From assembly GCA_010015805.1 (NCBI GenBank), contig ML978129.1, positions 868,001 to 932,000 of the forward strand: DNA of 64,000 bases, read 5' to 3'. Below the pieces are notes generated by a model. That model ran no database searches. It saw only the letters and a list, made by a program, of their open reading frames with translations, and was not told the DNA's origin. Both the position numbers and the translations under genes were made by a program. The first letter of the stretch is position 1; each line of letters starts with the position of its first letter. This document shows positions 1-13,166 of the stretch, piece after piece. The DNA is from Rhizodiscina lignyota (taxonomy: Eukaryota).

Positions 1-149
1 TCCGAGTTCTCGTGCACTCTTTTATTCCTGTGGACCTTGTTGGTGTCGGCTTCATGCTGCGACGCGACGACAACGTTCTCTTCTGGTTCTGACCCCACAG
101 GGGAGTCCAAAGGGGAAGGGGCGGTCTTCTCTTGCGTCAAGACACCCAT
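1..149 (-). CDS. 5' end of a gene running off the left edge of the window (product unknown)
   Basis: ATG at 149 in a good context (TTCGCCATGG); open frame MGVLTQEKTAPSPLDSPVGSEPEENVVVASQHEADTNKVHRNKRVHENS to the window edge. Confidence 0.55.
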   Translation of the reverse strand, partial: MGVLTQEKTAPSPLDSPVGSEPEENVVVASQHEADTNKVHRNKRVHENS

Positions 150-577
150 GGCGAAGAATGAGGAGATAAAAGCAGAAGATATGACAGCGGTGAAGTATTG
201 ATCATATGTGTGAAACGATAAACAGTCAAGTTGAAGGTATGGCCTGATTGACCGATCACTTGGGTATCTCTTTCCAGTAGTGGACGAGGTCTCCCTGCCA
301 CATGAATGTTGTGTTCGCCATTTCCAAAATCAGATTCGCCAAAATAATGTAGCAAGAAGACATCTCATGCAAGCAACCTTTAGTTGACAATACAAAGGGA
401 GTGAAAGGACGTTGAGTCATTGTTCTATTCCTTCAGTCGTTTTGTGCAGCAGAAGTGACGCGCGAGAAAGTCCGATCCAGGTTGTTAGTGCAGCAACCGA
501 ACATCCTAAAGCGCTGATGCATACTCATTGGGAGAGCCTCCGTGGAGTACGCCATGGGATCCCGCCCCTAGAAAAGT

Positions 578-1885
578 TTAAGCAGCGCCCAGTGATTGAA
601 GCGCGATTCGTAGCTCATCCACTGCAGTATTCACGTCCTCGAAATTTAGCGCCGAAATTGCCCACTTTGCGTGCTTCTGGGCATTCAGGACAGCCTCATC
701 ATCCGTACGATATGGGCCTTGATGTGTTGGTGCGACAGGAGCCGCATATGTTGATGGGACTTGGGGCATTGCAATAGGGGGCTGAGGAAGAACAGGCGGT
801 TGCAGCTGTGGCGTGTGAGCGGAAGGTTGCGGCAGAATCGGTGGTTGGGCTTGAGGTGTAGGAGCAGTTGGAGTGTGGTTGGATGGCGATGGCACATTGT
901 AGAAATTAGTCGGATCGATATTTTGATCGGTGTTCCCCATTTCGATTTCTGGCGCTGTCGGTAATCGCGGAGCGCTTTGCTCTGACGTGAAAGTTGGCAC
1001 CTGAGGGAAATACCCTCCGCCTACAGAGTTTGTGCGACTGTTTCCATTTGGAGAAGGTTCTAGGGGTGAAACCTCTACATTTGTCGGTGGCGCTGGTGGG
1101 CCTGATGGAGGTTGAATGGATGGTACTTCTGGAGGAGCGGTGGGAGTGAAGTGAGGCGATGCCATTATTGAATCTGGAGCATCTTCAACTGATGGCTGAA
1201 GCGACGCTGCATTATTGATGTCCTGCACCTCTGGATCTGATGGGTCCAGAGGAGGTGCCTCCTGCTCAGGCGATGGCTCTCTTGCGGGATTGGAAAGGTT
1301 CGGATCCTCCCCGGCTTTGATTGCTTTGGCGATGCGAACCGCATGGTATTTGGCGTACTTTGACTTGGCCTGAAACTCTGCTTCTATTGGGCCAAAAACG
1401 CTAAGGAGGTCGAGAAAAGTTGCAGAGGCTCTGAACGTATCGGCCGTTTGCCTGTTCGAAATATAAGCATGTGCTCGTAATATAGCATATAGGATCGTCA
1501 CGAACGCAGAAACCTTGTTCGCACGAACAGCATTGTCGGCGCGCTGAAAGGTATCCATTGCGAACTGCTCGACATATGCCTTGGCAGCCATATCATCGTG
1601 GATGGCGGCCTCGTCTGGATGCTCGGCTTTGGTGCGCTCCAGCTTGTCCATCAAGCCGGTGGTATAGGCCATGCATTCATCATCGTTTGTGTGCAAGCCT
1701 TTATCGAGAATCTGATTCACCATACAGTATTCCACTTCACGCTATCAGCTAGAGTTTGATCTGAAACAGGCAGACGACCTACACCAGTACGAGATAACTG
1801 GCTTGAATTTCTCCAGCTGGGCGGCCCGCATCGCAAACTGCGAGATCTCCGGGGCCTTCAGGCCTGCTGGGACGTGCGCTGCCAT
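578..1885 (-). CDS. VTA1: Vta1/LIP5, Vps4 cofactor of the ESCRT pathway (3 exons)
   Basis: N-terminal MIT-like region (KPVISYWLEYC...FQRADNAVRANK), Pro-rich linker and C-terminal VSL motif AQKHAKWAISALNFEDVNTA; introns ~1782-1736 and 1505-1452. Confidence 0.92.
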
Positions 1886-2142
1886 ACTGATTTACGATGC
1901 ACTTGAAAAGCGGATTTTGAGGTGTCCCAAAGAGAGATGACATGTGGTCGAGACGGGTTTGTGGCTAGAGCCCGCCCGTGCGTTAGCGGGGAAAGCTATG
2001 GCTCAGGGTGTGGCTTTGACCACGAAACAGCGTCTCCAAAGGACAGCTTGCGATATGACACTGGTATTTATATAGCATGTAGCCAGCTTTCCAACACCTT
2101 CCTCACTTTCCTTACCTCTTGTTTCCAATCTCGTCTGTCACT

Positions 2143-3759
2143 ATGGTTCAAAGCATGTTTCTTGCCGCAGCAGCGGCCTCGCTGCTTTTCTCAATGCCTA
2201 CGAGTGCCGCCCAGATTTATTCCAAGAACTCTCCAGTTCTTCAAGTGGATTATAAGAGCTATGACAAGCTGATTGCACAGTCAAATCACACTTCTGTAGG
2301 TCCTATAGCTCTAGCCCTTTCGACACCAAGCTAATACCTTCACAGATTCTCGAGTATGCCCTTCAAATATCACCGCTATTCTTGCTCTCCAGCTAACCGT
2401 CCTTTCCGAAGATTTTACGCTCCATGGTGCGGCCACTGCCAGAACCTCAAGCCCGCATACGAGAAGGCGGCGACGAATCTCAAGGGCCTCGCCAAGGTCG
2501 CTGCTATAAATTGTGATGAGGCGGCGAACAAGGAGTTCTGTGGCGGCATGGGTGTTCAGGGCTTCCCAACCCTCAAGATAGTCAAGCCGGGCAAGAAGGC
2601 TGGCAGGCCTATCGTAGAGGACTATCAAGGCCCTCGGAGTGCGAAGGGCATAGTGGATGCGGTGGTGGACAAGATTCCGAACCACGTCAAGAGGGTCCAA
2701 GACAAGGATCTGGATGCTTGGCTGGAGGAGGGCAATAGCACGGCGAAAGCCATTCTCTTCACCGAGAAAGGCTCTGTTAGCGCATTGTTGAAGAGCTTGG
2801 CTATTGATTTCTTGGGAAGCATCAAGTTCGGCCAGATTCGGAATTCGAATGAGCAGGCTGTTGAGACATTTGGCATTACCAAATACCCTACATTGGTGCT
2901 CCTTCCTGGCGGCGACAAGGACGGCATTTTGTACGATGGCGAGATGAAGAAGGAGCCGATGACCAGCTTCCTCTCTCAGGTAGCCTCGCCGAACCCAGAC
3001 CCAGCTCCCGCCAAGGCGAAATCGTCAAAGAAAGATTCGAGCAAGAGCAAGTCGAAATCGGCTTCCAGCGCCGATACCTCTGAGGCAGCAGCATCTGCTA
3101 GCGTAGAGAGCGATAGCCCCCTTGAGTCTCCTGATCCCAACATTGTTGATGAGGACACCCCCAAGCCTGTTAAGGTCGAGAGCAAGGCCCCGCCGCTTCT
3201 CATGATGCTTGAGTCTACCGACTCCCTCCAATCTATGTGTCTCACACGCCACTCACCAACCTGCATACTCGCTCTGCTCCCCGCCAAGGAAGATGAAGCC
3301 GCTCCACTCCCTACATCCGCAACAGAAGCGCTAAAGTCGCTCGGCGAGATCCAGCATAAGCACAAGGAACGAAGCGGCAAGGCTGCGCTCCACTTCTACT
3401 CTGTGCCAGCCAAAAATGAACTTGGCGCTATGATGCGGTCTGAGGCCTCTGACACGGTTGAGATTGTGGCACTCAACGCGAAGAGGAGGTGGGTGAAACG
3501 CTATGGCAGCGACCATGGATTTGACACTGTATCGGTGGAAGCGTGGGTGGATGATATCAGGATGGGCGAAGGCAAGAAGGAGAGTCTACCCGAGTCGGTC
3601 GAGCAGAGCATCATTGAGGGCTCGCCAAAGGCAGCAGGGGAACCGGTCTTTGAAATGCCGGAGGGCCTGAATCTAGAGGACTTGATGAAAGGCGGTGGTG
3701 AAAACAGTCCGCTCAAGGTCGAGTTCCTGGAGGAGCTCAATGAGCATGATGAACTGTAA
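2143..3759 (+). CDS. Protein disulfide isomerase, Mpd1/PrpA/PDIA6-like, ER luminal
   Basis: Signal peptide [22 protein letters not shown], single WCGHC active site, second thioredoxin-like domain, C-terminal HDEL; introns 2296-2345 and 2354-2411 flank an 8-nt exon. Confidence 0.92.
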
Positions 3760-4261
3760 GGGCTTGGCGGGTCTGTTTCCCTGCATGTTCTACAGGAGTT
3801 CAGGAAAAGTTTGCAACGGTGAACGCATGCCGGATTTAAGATATCTCACTTTCTATTGTATCGTGTCTGCATACGAGTTGCTTGCTCAATCACCACCCGA
3901 TGTCGTTTGTCCTGCGCCATTGAAACCGCTAACTTTAGGTCCGCGAATGACGATGGACAGAGAAGTCGGAAACGGCCGCAAAGATTATCCCGCTTAAGTA
4001 AATGATTTGTTCCGGCCTGTCATCGTGCTGCTTTCGGAGACTGGGACCCTCGGAGACTCATATTGTACTGAGTCCGGGCCCGGAGATAGCGACCTCAGCG
4101 GACTTAAGCCATACGCCAACAACCGGTCCAGTAAACAACATGAGAAGTCGAGATCCCAGGTAAGTCAGTTTGCTAGAATCATTGAACCCTATGAGAAAGA
4201 GAGAAAGAGACAAATTGGACCGGAAGAATCTTGCAGAGCTCGTGGGCTCTGAAAAAGTACA

Positions 4262-5097
4262 ATGGCATTCGATGGAAAGACCATCGTCCTCATCACTGGT
4301 ACTGATACTTAGCTTTCTGAGAAGTGACATGACGATTAATCCAAGTAGGAGCCAATGGAGGGCTAGGCTACGCTACAGCCAAAATTCTCCTCTGTACATC
4401 GTCTGATTATCACGTCATTGTCGGTTCTCGAAAGGGTTACAACGGCGTGGAGGCGGTCAGTAAACTCCAAGCCATGCCCAACATCAAGGGCACCGTATCG
4501 AGTGTGCAGCTCGACGTCACCGACGATGCTTCTATTGCACTCGCTGCCAAGGAGGTCGAGGAGACCTTCGGGCGTGTGGACGTGCTGCTCAACAACGCTG
4601 GGATTTGCCTCCTCGATCCGGACATGCTGCCGACTTTGCGCAAGACGCTGGCTACGAACGTTATCGGTGCCGTCGCCGTCACTGAAGGCTTCAAAGGCCT
4701 CCTCCGTCTCTCTTCTGCCCCACGCCTCGTCTTCGTGACCAGTTCGATGGGAAGTCTGACCCACGCGGCCGACCCGGAGAGCCCACACTTCCGTACGAAG
4801 TCCGGTCTGGAGGTTAGCGAGTATCGAATCAGTAAGGCGGCGCTGAACATGGCGATGGTGCAGATTGGGAAGGTCTACCCTACCGAGGGAAGCGGGCTGG
4901 AGAATCTGAAGACGTTGGGCGTGGACCCAGGTCTCAATCGGACCAACTTGTTGGGTCCGAGGATCATGAAGAGCGACGCGGCGAAGCATTTGCCTGAGCC
5001 AAATGTTGGTGCGTCGTTGATAGCGAGTGTGGTAAAGGGCGAACACGACGACAAGCTTGGGAGAGTCGTTGGGAAGTCTGGAATCAACGTGTGGTAG
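4262..5097 (+). CDS. Short-chain dehydrogenase/reductase (carbonyl reductase-like)
   Basis: Splicing intron 4299-4348 gives TIVLITGANGGLG; NNAG motif; catalytic YRISK. Confidence 0.88.
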
Positions 5098-8000
5098 AGA
5101 GGGACGCCATGGGATGTTGCGCAAGGGTCGGGCACCAGTCTCATCAGCTGAACGGCAGGTAAGTATGTACCAAGACGATATTGCAGATAGTCAAGGAGTC
5201 GAGCGAATACGCGTCCCCACGCTTCTTCCCAACCTTGCATCGTAGAGCATCGCATGTCACCCCACGCAACTGGTTTGGATGGCGATTGCCGGTGGTCTAG
5301 CTCATTAGAAGCTCCTTCGAGAGTTTCGGACATTTCAACTTTTCAAGACCTGCAGCTGCCATGGAGCGGGTTCTCGCACCATAATACACCGTCTATTCGC
5401 TGCAATGGCTGTCAACTGATCTGGAGACGGCCGAAAGACGCGGGATGTTGCAGGTTGTGAAGTTGCAACTTCCACGGAATGGTAATCTCCTGCGGTCGTA
5501 ATGGGACGGCAAAGGATGCAAATGCGCCATTGAGAGCATTCGCGCCGAGTAATGGCTGCACTTTGTTGATCATTGCAATTTGTGCCTGCTTTTCCGAAAT
5601 CCCGCATTTGTCAAGATGATGTCGAGAGCAGGTGTCTTTGCGCTTGACTAAGGCTTAGAGGTGAGAAGTAAGAAACGGTGCTCGGGTCAAAATTATTGAA
5701 GTACGGCGGAGTGGATACTAGTGGGTCCGGTTTAGGAAACAGAGTGATGAAGTTAAGACTTGCCGAAACGGATGATAGAAGATATTGGCATTCCATGATG
5801 GCCCGGTTCCCGAAACTCCGCACCGTGATGATTGGAAGGCAAAGTTGGCGGGTAAAGCAAGAGTAACTACGTATCGCCAGACTGCTGTATGTTCACGAGA
5901 CACACATCAGTAGTGTGCGGCCTTGGTCCCTTCTAGCGCGATTACAGCAAACAGTTGCGAAATAGGCCAGGAATATTCAGTCTTCCGGTTTGAATGAAGT
6001 CGTTCATAGCAGCTTCGTCCACGGTGCAGGGTTGTCACTCAATGAGGATATTATGAATACGACCATTAAAACAATGACCCTAGATCTAAGGAGTAGTGCT
6101 GCCTTTCGGCCAAGCAGCGCGAACTAGAGGGAAGCGGGTTGAACCCCCACGCTGATGTGCTTAGCCCCTTGTGTCGTGTGCTCACCTAGCGATTTCGGTG
6201 GCCCCATGACGGCAGACGTCTCCCCAGATCAAAAAAAATGCCGCATCTGCAGATCAAATCCGGGGGGAAGTGCGACTTATATGACCAGCCCTATGCAACG
6301 GCAATGTTTCGCATCCTTCTGAGAGTCGAGACGTGTCCCTCTGGCCCGCGGCCAAGGACATGACATGCATCTTCTCCGGTTTGATATCGCGACTTGACCA
6401 GCCGACCATGCGAGAAGCTCAGTTGGGAAATGTCTATCCTTCGTGTACGGATTTGATACGCCTACTTCCATGAAGGTCAGCCAGGCACTTGAAGCGACGG
6501 ATGGCCTCGCAAGACTAGCCACCGGGGAATTCGTGTGATGTTGAAATGCTGCAATCCTTTACTGCCAAGTCATTAGACGACGTTGCAGGCATCGGGAGAC
6601 TCCATGCGACTCCCAGTTTGATGGTGGTTGGCGAGGATGAAATTGATTGATGTGGGGAAGTGCAGGCCGCGGAGACAACGATCATCGGGTTCTGGACTTC
6701 GCATCGCCGTTGGAAGGAGTGAGAGGATGGTGGATTAACGGCCAGGATGAGCGGCCGCGTCCACGAAGAAAGATGGCATGAGAAAACATCACTGGAGAGA
6801 GTCATTAGAGGAGACGGAGAGGACGCGGAGCATATTGCTTGCAGCGCAAGTCTCCGCAGCGATGATGCAAGTGCCGCTAGAGGGCCCTACAAGTGGAGTC
6901 ACGATGGCCCAACCCTTCAATGTGTGGGGTAATAGAATCGGCATGGCATCGAATTCGGAAATGCGCCAGAGTCGTACAAACTCGCATTCGCTGCCAGATG
7001 GCCCGGAGATTGCTCAACGTGGCGAGAGCCGACCCAGTCGAGGCCGTGCCTGTTACACAGAATTCGGCGAATCTCTGAGGTTGACGTCCTGCACTGCTAG
7101 TCGTGAAGAACTGGCGCGACATCCCTGCGCGATATCGGATAACTCAACGCCCTCCTTGGTGGGAGGCGGAAAACGCGTGGGGTGTTCGTCAGGAACACCA
7201 GCCAGAGGCCGGAGTGGAACGCACCACCATCGCCCGGGAGAGGGTTAGCCGTGGCCTTGGATTTCAAAAAGCAAAATGAGGCTTAAAAATCCCCTGAGCG
7301 TGAATCTTCATGGTATGGGTCGCTGCGGTTCCACAGAAGACTATTTGGACCTCATCTCGGCCTCAAGAGCCGCTGGCTTCCTTAGAAGGCCAGTCGTAAT
7401 AGTGCTCTGCGCCAGCCATGCCCATGGACACTCTGCCTACACTCCTGCGGCCGGTTCTGGCAAAGTTCTTCTTAGGGGTAAGCCTGGTGTGAAGTCTAAA
7501 TAAAACTGGTTCCAGGATTGCCGGCTGTGTATAGCATGACAGACATCGGCAAACTCGCCGAGATTGAGGTCGTCGCCAGCGTGGGGGATGGTACCTCTGA
7601 GGCATCACGAGGGTATCTCCAATGCAACTCGAAGCGGCGCCAGGCGCTGTAGAAACAACCGGTTCCGGGTGCTCGCTCGGTGTTTCGTGTCATGGAAGCG
7701 AATGAGGAGCAAGAAGGCAGAGATGGCTTACACGAGAGCCCGAGAGGCTGTTGGGCTATCCAGCTTCACATCACACCAGCTGACCGCATGACTACCGTGA
7801 AAGCTGGGGCAATGCGAGGCACGTCGAATAGGCGCGCGATTCCGGCTCCCGGGCGAGTGCTGCTGGGGCTCAAAGACGCCAGCAAGGACATGCTGCCCGT
7901 CGAGCAGCAGGCTACGCCGAAGGAATTCGTCGTTGCGCCGCCCCTGCAGAAGGGCAGCGCTCACGCCAACATGAAGCCAGAACAATCAACGCACATTCGG

Positions 8001-8792
8001 AGCCAGCATCATCATTCATCATTGATCGCCCTGTCCCCCACGCTAAGTCCCAGCACTCGAGCCACGGGCGCGCCGGCTGCGACGACGCACACGCAGCCAA
8101 GCTGTTCGTGCTGTGATCGCCACCGTCCACCACGCGAGCCTCCACAGGTCCCTTCATCACCGCCTCAGTGACACACGCGCCTCCCCTTGCCCTCACCTCC
8201 AGCGATGGCCCAGCAGCGCAGAAGAAATCCCACCCGTCACAGCGCCCTGCCAGCCAATTCGACGCCGTTCGCACAGCGCAATTGGCTGCGTGCCGTGCGC
8301 CTCTGCACACCGTTCCTGGCAAAGAAACTCGCAGAACAAAGCCACATCTCTCGTGCCCTGTTGCATGCTGCCGCTGCTGAGCATGCGACCCTGTTCGTCG
8401 ACTCCCTGTGCAACTCCGTTCTTCAACAAGCCTTCCCGGCCGCGTCGTCACTGGCCGACAGACGTGCCGGACTGCGGTGAGTGTCGTGAGAAAGGTCTCC
8501 ACTCCCGTAGCACTTCTGTGCTATGCTAAAGACTTGTCAGCTGGGACCTGAACCAACCCCCACACCTCATCGTAGTCATTTCTCGGGAAGATTCTGATCA
8601 TATTCGGTGCTCAGCCTCCTACCTCACTATATATTCTGCCTGTGCGCTTGCTTTTTGTTTCATTGTGCGAGCGAATCTCTCTGGCCCTTTAAATCCCCGT
8701 CGACCTCAGACCCTCTCAATATCATTTCTGCGTTGCACTTTGAACAAGGTTGCTACTAAACTACTATTCACTGGGCATTTCTTTGTTAGAGC

Positions 8793-9872
8793 ATGTCGCC
8801 GCATCTCGACGTACCGTCAACTGCCAGCAGCTTCAATTCCTCGTCGAGCAATGAAGCTCTCAAAGGAGGTGCTGTGCAGACCCAAATGGCGACTTACTTC
8901 TCTTCAATAACCCCTGCCAACGGTGCAAACATCAAACGCCAGCTTCTCCCTGGAATCTATGTCCCGACCGTGGCGTTCTTCCAAGCAAACGAGGACGTGG
9001 ATTTGGAGACCACGGCACGCCACGCGGTTCGTCTTGCCGAAGCTGGCGTAACTGGCATCACTGTCCAAGGATCCAATGGCGAGGCAGTCCATTTATCACC
9101 AAAGGAGCGCGCCCTCATCACGCTTACCACGCGCGAGGCTCTCGACAACGCAAGCTTCAAGCATGTTCCAGTCATGGTCGGATGTGGCGCTCAGTCGACA
9201 CGCGAGACCATCGAGCTGTGCCAGGACGCGTACCGTGCTGGAGGTGACTGTGCTCTTGTCCTGCCACCATCCTACTACAGCAGCTTGTATGGCAAAGAGG
9301 ACGTGCTCCAATACTTCCGCGACGTTGCCGATGAGTCGCCGATTCCTATTTTGATCTACAACTACCCTCCCGCTGCTTCGGGCCGCGATCTCTCATCCGA
9401 CGAGATCATTGAGCTCGCAAAACACCCCAACATTGTTGGCTGCAAGCTCACGTGCGGCAATACTGGAAAGCTGAACCGGATCGCCGCAGCCACTCAGGCT
9501 GCTTCATTCTCGAACCTTGGATCCGGTTTCCTCTGCATGGGTGGCAGCGCAGACTTTCTTCTGCAGACTCTGATTGGTGGAGGCTCAGGCATCATTGCTG
9601 GCTTGGCCAACATCTCTCCAAAGGCCCTTGTCCATCTGTATGACCTTGTCGAACGCGAGCGCTTCACTGAGTCGCGCAAAATTCAGGCCATCGTTGCCAG
9701 AGGAGATTGGACCGCTATCCAAGGCGGTCTAGTCGGCACCAAGAGCGCTCTCAACAGCTTTTTCGGCTATGGTGGCTTCCCACGACGACCCCTTCCTCGC
9801 CCGTCCAAGGAAGAGAAGCTAAGGTGGAAGGAAGGATTCACGGAGCTCATGAAACTTGAGAACGTGCTGTAA
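8793..9872 (+). CDS. DHDPS/NAL-family class I aldolase (GaaC/L-KDGal aldolase- or HOGA-like)
   Basis: Intronless 359 aa; PGIYVPT, GSNGEAVHL, LIYNYP and Schiff-base lysine in IVGCKLTCGNTGK; no adjacent gaaA, so substrate uncertain. Confidence 0.88.
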   Translation: MSPHLDVPSTASSFNSSSSNEALKGGAVQTQMATYFSSITPANGANIKRQLLPGIYVPTVAFFQANEDVDLETTARHAVRLAEAGVTGITVQGSNGEAVHLSPKERALITLTTREALDNASFKHVPVMVGCGAQSTRETIELCQDAYRAGGDCALVLPPSYYSSLYGKEDVLQYFRDVADESPIPILIYNYPPAASGRDLSSDEIIELAKHPNIVGCKLTCGNTGKLNRIAAATQAASFSNLGSGFLCMGGSADFLLQTLIGGGSGIIAGLANISPKALVHLYDLVERERFTESRKIQAIVARGDWTAIQGGLVGTKSALNSFFGYGGFPRRPLPRPSKEEKLRWKEGFTELMKLENVL

Positions 9873-10817
9873 ATCTCGGATCACGCATGATCGGCGTTAT
9901 GCTTCATTTTCTCTACTGAGAATTCTACGATTGACGATGGCTGGATCATCAGCATTGGGGGCGTTGATGCTGACTTGGCCTGCATTATCTGGCGGCGCAT
10001 GCATATGATTTCCGTCTTGTTTCACGACAAAAACGAACCATGGGTGGCGGTCTGATATTTTGGTCGTCTGCGGCCCGAGCGGCCACGACACACTGCATAT
10101 ACCTCATACGTTAACGTCTAATTTGGAAATTAAAAGTTGTTAATCAAGTTCAACCATCTCCACATGAGCAGATCCTATTTGCTGACACGCACGATGACTG
10201 TCCCTTATACGCGAAGAGACGCCCTGTTCTTTCGCACAAAGACCAATTGGGTGATTCGGGGCGAAGAGCCCATAGCTATCTCGGGCGATTCCAAATGGCT
10301 TATTAACATAAGCAGAATGGCGCTCGGCGATTTGACATTTTAGACTTCAGGGCGACTCATGACAAGCTATGTACCATCCGTGGACATCCTTGGCCTGCTC
10401 CCTCGGGCTTGAATTTTGGACTTTAGTGTGGGGACCTGGCGAGTTCCGAACCCTTCAATCCTGAAATTGCTTTTTGATATTGATAGGGTAAGCCGCAACT
10501 CACACTATGATTCCGCAAAATATTCGCAATCAGGCGCATTCCGGGCGGAACGTGGCAGAATCAGGGAAATTCGCAAGGCACACCGATCAAAAGGAAGCAA
10601 GTGAAGTGGGCTTGGGGATATTCGCCCTCGCTATTTCCGGCAAGTCCTGGCGGACGAGAAGGTGAAATATTGATCCGGGCACCACACTTCAGCGAAGCCA
10701 CAGTTGGTCAACCCTTTTTATTGAATCTGCAGGAGACAGCTGCAGTGAGCCAAATCTCGTCCGAATAATCAGCCTCAAGCCCGTTCATCACCCCGGCAGG
10801 GTGGTTACGCAGTGCAA

Positions 10818-12622
10818 ATGGCCCCAGAGGAGAGGTCCGGATCTCTCTCCGACGCAGATGAAGATTCTAGCGTTGGGGCCCTGGATCTAGGAGAAGACAA
10901 GGATTGGGAAGATGCCGAAAACGACGAAGAGCGACTCACATTCGTGAGTTTTCTTGACGACGCTACGTTTTCGGATCTTCCATCAATGCTTCGGCACTGC
11001 AAGGAGCGTTATCAATTCGATTTCGTAACGATCGTTCATCAGCTCGGTAGGAAGGGTTTTCTTAACACGACGGGATGGGATGGTAATGCTAACATGACCA
11101 TTCAGGTCTTGATTTCTTAGAGAATGTCAAACTCGTCAATTACATCCGTAATGAGGTCAAGAGCGGGAACAAGGCTTTTGATGTCAACTCGAAGGATGTG
11201 TTCAGTGACGACAAATACCTTCAACCTGTTCTAGAGGACGATGCCGTGCTTTTCAGTCTTGATGATCTACCAATCGCTGCCGACAAAGCAGACGTAGAGC
11301 AGCCTCCCAAGCAGACGGTCAATTACGACGATGCCATTCAAAGAGTTTCAGAGCTTGAAGACAAGTTGCGTAACCTTCAGAATGAATATGCAAGCTACAA
11401 ACATCGCGTAGAACGCACTTTGGACGAGCGTTGGGGTGCACCGACCAATGAATCGAGTGCGGCACAACTTTCGGCTTCAACTGAAAGGAGGGACACGTCC
11501 TACTTTGACTCATATTCATATAATGGTAAGCACAGGAGTCTGAAATATTTTACGGAGTATTGTTTTGAACCTTTCAGACATTCACGAGACTATGCTGAAG
11601 GATACCGTTCGGACTGATGCATATCGAGACTTCATTTACGACAATAAAGATCTCTTCCGAGACAAAGTCGTTCTCGATGTCGGTTGCGGTACCGGCATTC
11701 TCTCAATGTTCTGCGCAAAGGCTGGGGCTTCGAAAGTCATCGCCGTGGACAATTCATCTATCATAGAGAAAGCCAGGATCAACGTCCAGAATAACAATCT
11801 GCAAGACATCATCACATGTCTACATGGTAAGGTCGAAGAGGTCATGCTCCCTGTTCAGAAAGTCGATATAATTGTGTCTGAATGGATGGGTTACTGCTTG
11901 CTATTCGAAGCCATGCTCCCATCTGTGATATGGGCTCGAGACAAGTATCTGAAGCCTGATGGCCTCATGGTTCCGTCCCACTGCACGCTACATATCGCCC
12001 CTATCACCGACTCGGAGTACGTTGATGAGAACATACTGTTCTGGCAAAGCGTTTACGGTGAGCTTGCCCAGCAAGGATTCCTCTCGTCCTTAAGTTTTCT
12101 AACTCTTGGCTTCAAGGCTTCGACATGTCTGCGATGCTAGAGAAAATTCACGATGACGTGCTCGTCCGGCAGCTCAAACCGGAGAACGTCATTGAGACGA
12201 CTACCTTTTTCGAACTCCCATTACATTCTATCTCTTCATCTGAACTTGAATTCACCAAACAGTTTACGGTAGCATGGGATAAGGAGGTGGAGAGTGTCGA
12301 CGGCTGGGCGATCTGGTTTGATACCTTTTTCCTGCGCTCCCGAGACGAGCAACTTCCAAAGGTTCCGGCATCCAAATGGTCAGGAAGAGGAGTCGCCTTC
12401 ACGACTGGACCGTGGGGCAAGCAGACACATTGGCAATCTGGAGTCATGCTGATCGACGACAAGAACCAGTTTCCAAAACCCCTGAAAGGTCACTTGGAGG
12501 TCAAGGGGACTGTCGAGTACAGAAAGCGAGAAGGTGATGCACGAGCGCTGGATATTGAGATAGCATGGGAAGTTGCAGGAGAATCATCGCGGCAGTTCAA
12601 GCAGACTTGGTTCCTTCAGTAG
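10818..12622 (+). CDS. RMT3: Type I protein arginine methyltransferase PRMT3/RmtB
   Basis: N-terminal PRMT3-type region (LDFLENVKLVNYIR, DDKYLQPVLEDDAVL), VLDVGCGTGILS, IVSEWMGY and THW loop; introns 11047-11105, ~11526-11577, ~12058-12116. Confidence 0.9.
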
Positions 12623-13166
12623 AGGAATCTCCAGACTAAGAAAAAGCAATCATATACCGTCTGTACGACGAGCATTACCGCGTGCTAATCCCCAAATTTG
12701 TTTTTGTTCATAGAGTCATCCAGTCTCTGATACAGCATCTCCATTGCCTGATATTGCGCAATATGTGCCTTGAGATGCAGCGATAGGCGTGCAGATTTAG
12801 ATCGCTCTGATATGCGTGAGCCCCGCAGAAGTGTACTCTTTCAGTTTCATTGGTGTGGCATTTGTGCCGAACGTAATTGCTTCTTTGATGGAAGCCCTAA
12901 GTTTATCTGATAGCTCAATCGAAGCTTGCATGAGCTTGTGACACAAAAGGCCTTCGGACCGTTGAGGATCGAGTCGATTTTAAGATCTCACCCTTGTCCC
13001 CTTTTGGTCCCCACATTAGCTGCGCAGCTCACGCGTCACATGGGACTGCGACAACCGCCAAAGTAAAGCACCTCGACCCACGAAGAATCCTTTCGCGATT
13101 CGGAAGCTGTGAGGATTGAGTGCGGTCCTCCCAGAATGATCGTGAGATTATAGCCTCGAGTAAGGC

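Noticed and set aside
6125..6205. Possible minus-strand tRNA (GGGGTTCAACCCGC)
   Set aside because: Only a B-box-like motif; no acceptor, D or anticodon stems could be folded and there is no adjacent terminator
6515..7250. ORFs of 96-156 aa in the SDR-aldolase interval
   Set aside because: No recognisable domain or consistent splice structure; cannot be supported as genes
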